From assembly GCA_965116875.1 (NCBI GenBank), contig OZ220733.1, positions 1,824,001-1,888,000 of the forward strand: a stretch of DNA of 64,000 nucleotides. Direction: 5' to 3'. Positions within the stretch are counted from its first letter, which is position 1; every line of letters begins with the position of its first letter. The translations under genes were made by a program, and so were the position numbers. The notes beneath the pieces were generated by a model. It was not told the DNA's origin, made no database searches, and was given only the letters and a program-made list of their open reading frames with translations. The stretch comes from Candidatus Latescibacterota bacterium (GTDB lineage Bacteria; Latescibacterota; UBA2968; GCA-2709665). Positions 61,942 through 64,000 of the stretch are shown here, piece after piece.

Positions 61942-63153
61942 TTACTTCCACAACCGCACGATGAATCGACTCTGTTCCTCTATGAGATCGGGCTCTGTAC
62001 CATTGTGGGCGCGCATACCGGGAATGATTTTGTTCCGAACACCCATTCCTCGGGCATCCGCGTAACCGTAGTCACGCATTATGTTTACCAGCGTTTGGTT
62101 GCGGGCGTAGCGGGCGCCAACTTTCATCCCCTCGGTAGTCACGGTGTTGGGCAGACGGCCAGGGCTTGTAATCTCCAAACGATCAGAAAAGATCGAGAGC
62201 ATAATATCGGTACCAACGATACTATAGTCCCGGTGAACGAGTGCGTTCACAATGGCTTCACGAACGACACTCTCCGGGTAGTCCCAATGGTCGATCCTCC
62301 GAGCGTTCTCCAATCGGGATCTCGGTATTGTGTTGCGCCGCACAAAGTCCCACGCCTGCTCAACGAGTCCGGATTCTACGACGTTCTCGTGCTGGCCTAA
62401 CGGAACCATTGGGCCGCGGAGGTTCTCGTCGGCGCGGGTTGCGTAATCAGGTTCATTACCGGGGTAACACAGCGCACGGATTCCTGATTGCGGTAGGTAG
62501 CGACTAGGTGCTCCCCCAAAAAGCAGGACACCGTCGATCGTGGCGACTTGGTGGCCCGCGGAAACAGTCATAAGGTCGATATTCCGTAGCAATGTCTCCC
62601 AACCCTCACGATCGTCCTCAGCAGGGTGGGTCCCGCTGAGGACGCGAATCAGGTAATCTCGTAGTCGGCGATGATCGAAAGCGTCGAATCCGGCCCCAGG
62701 TACCGGTTTCAAACCGTAATGCAGCCGGCCTGAAGCCTGAAACATCCGCTCAAGTTCGTCTTGGCTAGCTTCTTGTGAGGTGTTGCCGACGCGGATGAAA
62801 TAGGTCTTGCGTTTATTGTGAACACGTGCATACGGCTTGTCGGGTCCGGTCGTAACGCGAACCGCAAGAACATCTCGTCCTGGTTCTGCATTCCTTACCC
62901 AAGAAAGAAACGGGGTTACCGGGGGGGCGATCTTCACCCTGCAAAGTTCTGCAACCCACTCTTCCAGATTGTCACGGGTGGTCCCCGAAATTGCTCCGTC
63001 GTCTTCGATCCCTAACAGGACAACCCCGCCGTCCAAGTTAAGCAAGGCGACTAGGCCTTTGGCGACTTCATGATTGGCTAAGTCGTCGCGCTTGAACTCG
63101 ACACCTGAATCTTCGTCGTTGGCGATCAGGGCTTGCAGTTCGCTGTGGTTCAC
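61942..63153 (-). CDS. Schlafen/AlbA_2 domain + HATPase_c_4 (RecG C-terminal-like) protein
   Basis: EDSGVEFK, LLNLDGGVVLLGIEDDG, REAIVNALVHRDY, SPGRLP, ARN, RGMG. Confidence 0.88.
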   Translation of the reverse strand: MNHSELQALIANDEDSGVEFKRDDLANHEVAKGLVALLNLDGGVVLLGIEDDGAISGTTRDNLEEWVAELCRVKIAPPVTPFLSWVRNAEPGRDVLAVRVTTGPDKPYARVHNKRKTYFIRVGNTSQEASQDELERMFQASGRLHYGLKPVPGAGFDAFDHRRLRDYLIRVLSGTHPAEDDREGWETLLRNIDLMTVSAGHQVATIDGVLLFGGAPSRYLPQSGIRALCYPGNEPDYATRADENLRGPMVPLGQHENVVESGLVEQAWDFVRRNTIPRSRLENARRIDHWDYPESVVREAIVNALVHRDYSIVGTDIMLSIFSDRLEITSPGRLPNTVTTEGMKVGARYARNQTLVNIMRDYGYADARGMGVRNKIIPGMRAHNGTEPDLIEEQSRFIVRLWK

Positions 63154-63162
63154 GGAATCTCC

Positions 63163-64000
63163 TCAGAACCCATACTTCAATCGCCGAGTTTCGAAGGCAT
63201 CCCTGCCACCTTCGAGAATCTCTTCTACTAGCTCTCGCACGGGCTGTACGTCTATCGAGCCCATATGTTCGGGGGCGACGCTAGCGTAGCCGCCCTCCGC
63301 ATCTCCCGAGGCGGTGAGCCCGATGATCAATTCGGCGTCGCCGAGTACCGGAATATTGGCGTTATGGGTCGAGAAAACAAACTGCCGCCGGCGTTTTTCT
63401 TCGCGAATTCGAGGGACCACACCCTCTGTAATAAAACGGTTATCAAGATCGTCTTCCGGCTGGTCTACGATCAAGGGAGCGTCGGACTCCAGCAGCAGCA
63501 AAAGCAAGACGGCCGTCGCCTTTTGGCCGGAAGAGACGAATTCGAGAGCTTGCCAGGACGGCGCTTCACCGGACGGAGCCGTGTTTAGTTGGATAGCAGT
63601 AGTGGGCGGAAGATCGAGTTCTTCAATCCGCATAGGCACTTCAGGCGCGGCTTCGGCAATATTACGGGCTTGCGCTGGAGTAAGGTTGTATCTGGCGCGT
63701 AGTTCCTCAACTCCTTCCCGGCACGCACTCGCTAAGTCGATAAGAGATATCGAAGGTAAGGTCTCAAGTCTTTCTATAGTGTTCGCGAGTTGCCCGCCTA
63801 CCTCGGAACGGAGCAATGCGAACAGGGGCTCGCGGTCGCCAGCAGCTGCAACGTTTACCTGGACGCGGCCCTTGAGTCGTCGGGTGACTTTCTTCGCCGC
63901 CCTATCTAGGAGTCGAAACTCCTCGGCTTTGACATCCTCCCAATCGGCTAGTAGCGACCGTCGGAGCGAGACGTGTTCGTCCTTCAATTTAGTGAGTAGA
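63163..64000 (-). CDS. ABC/SMC-type ATPase, C-terminal part (5' end outside the window); resembles PHP-associated TrlF/Ppl-like ATPases
   Basis: Signature SSGQKAT, Walker B LIVDQPEDDLDN, H-loop STHNANIPVLGDAE, LEGG..AF..R..KY. Confidence 0.8.
   Translation of the reverse strand, partial: LLTKLKDEHVSLRRSLLADWEDVKAEEFRLLDRAAKKVTRRLKGRVQVNVAAAGDREPLFALLRSEVGGQLANTIERLETLPSISLIDLASACREGVEELRARYNLTPAQARNIAEAAPEVPMRIEELDLPPTTAIQLNTAPSGEAPSWQALEFVSSGQKATAVLLLLLLESDAPLIVDQPEDDLDNRFITEGVVPRIREEKRRRQFVFSTHNANIPVLGDAELIIGLTASGDAEGGYASVAPEHMGSIDVQPVRELVEEILEGGRDAFETRRLKYGF

Overview
GC-rich bacterial chromosome segment spanning the replication origin. The organism is probably a diderm, inferred from the lipoprotein alpha-2-macroglobulin/PbpC pair; taxonomy cannot be fixed from the sequence. 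1-20 kb is the core origin cluster: mfd (partial), tRNA-Asp, hom, gyrA-gyrB-DUF721-recF-dnaN-[DnaA-box region]-dnaA, then divergent rpmH-rnpA-yidC-mnmE-rsmG. Two parS sites and a second DnaA-box cluster near 24.1 kb lie nearby. 20-48 kb holds metabolic and envelope genes (an unusual XRE-HTH/methylmalonyl-CoA mutase fusion with its epimerase, FAH, CDP-alcohol phosphatidyltransferase, HAD, Ntn acylase, cupin, LLM monooxygenase, A2M-pbpC, GT2, serS, hemY-hemH-hemE, clpP, sat), interspersed with several MITE/REP-like repeat families and a candidate sigma54-driven 56-aa small ORF. From about 48-50 kb to the window end is a visibly lower-GC defence island. It carries an sspABCD-type DNA phosphorothioation module (cysteine desulfurase, DUF4007, large ATPase, PAPS-reductase family) behind a palindromic bidirectional promoter. 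Instead of SspE, the module is followed by an SF2 helicase / MORC-like GHKL ATPase / PLD nuclease trio, which is the best candidate for an undescribed system. A Schlafen/AlbA_2 protein and a partial ABC-type ATPase follow on the opposite strand. All calls come from reading motifs by eye; no database searches were run.
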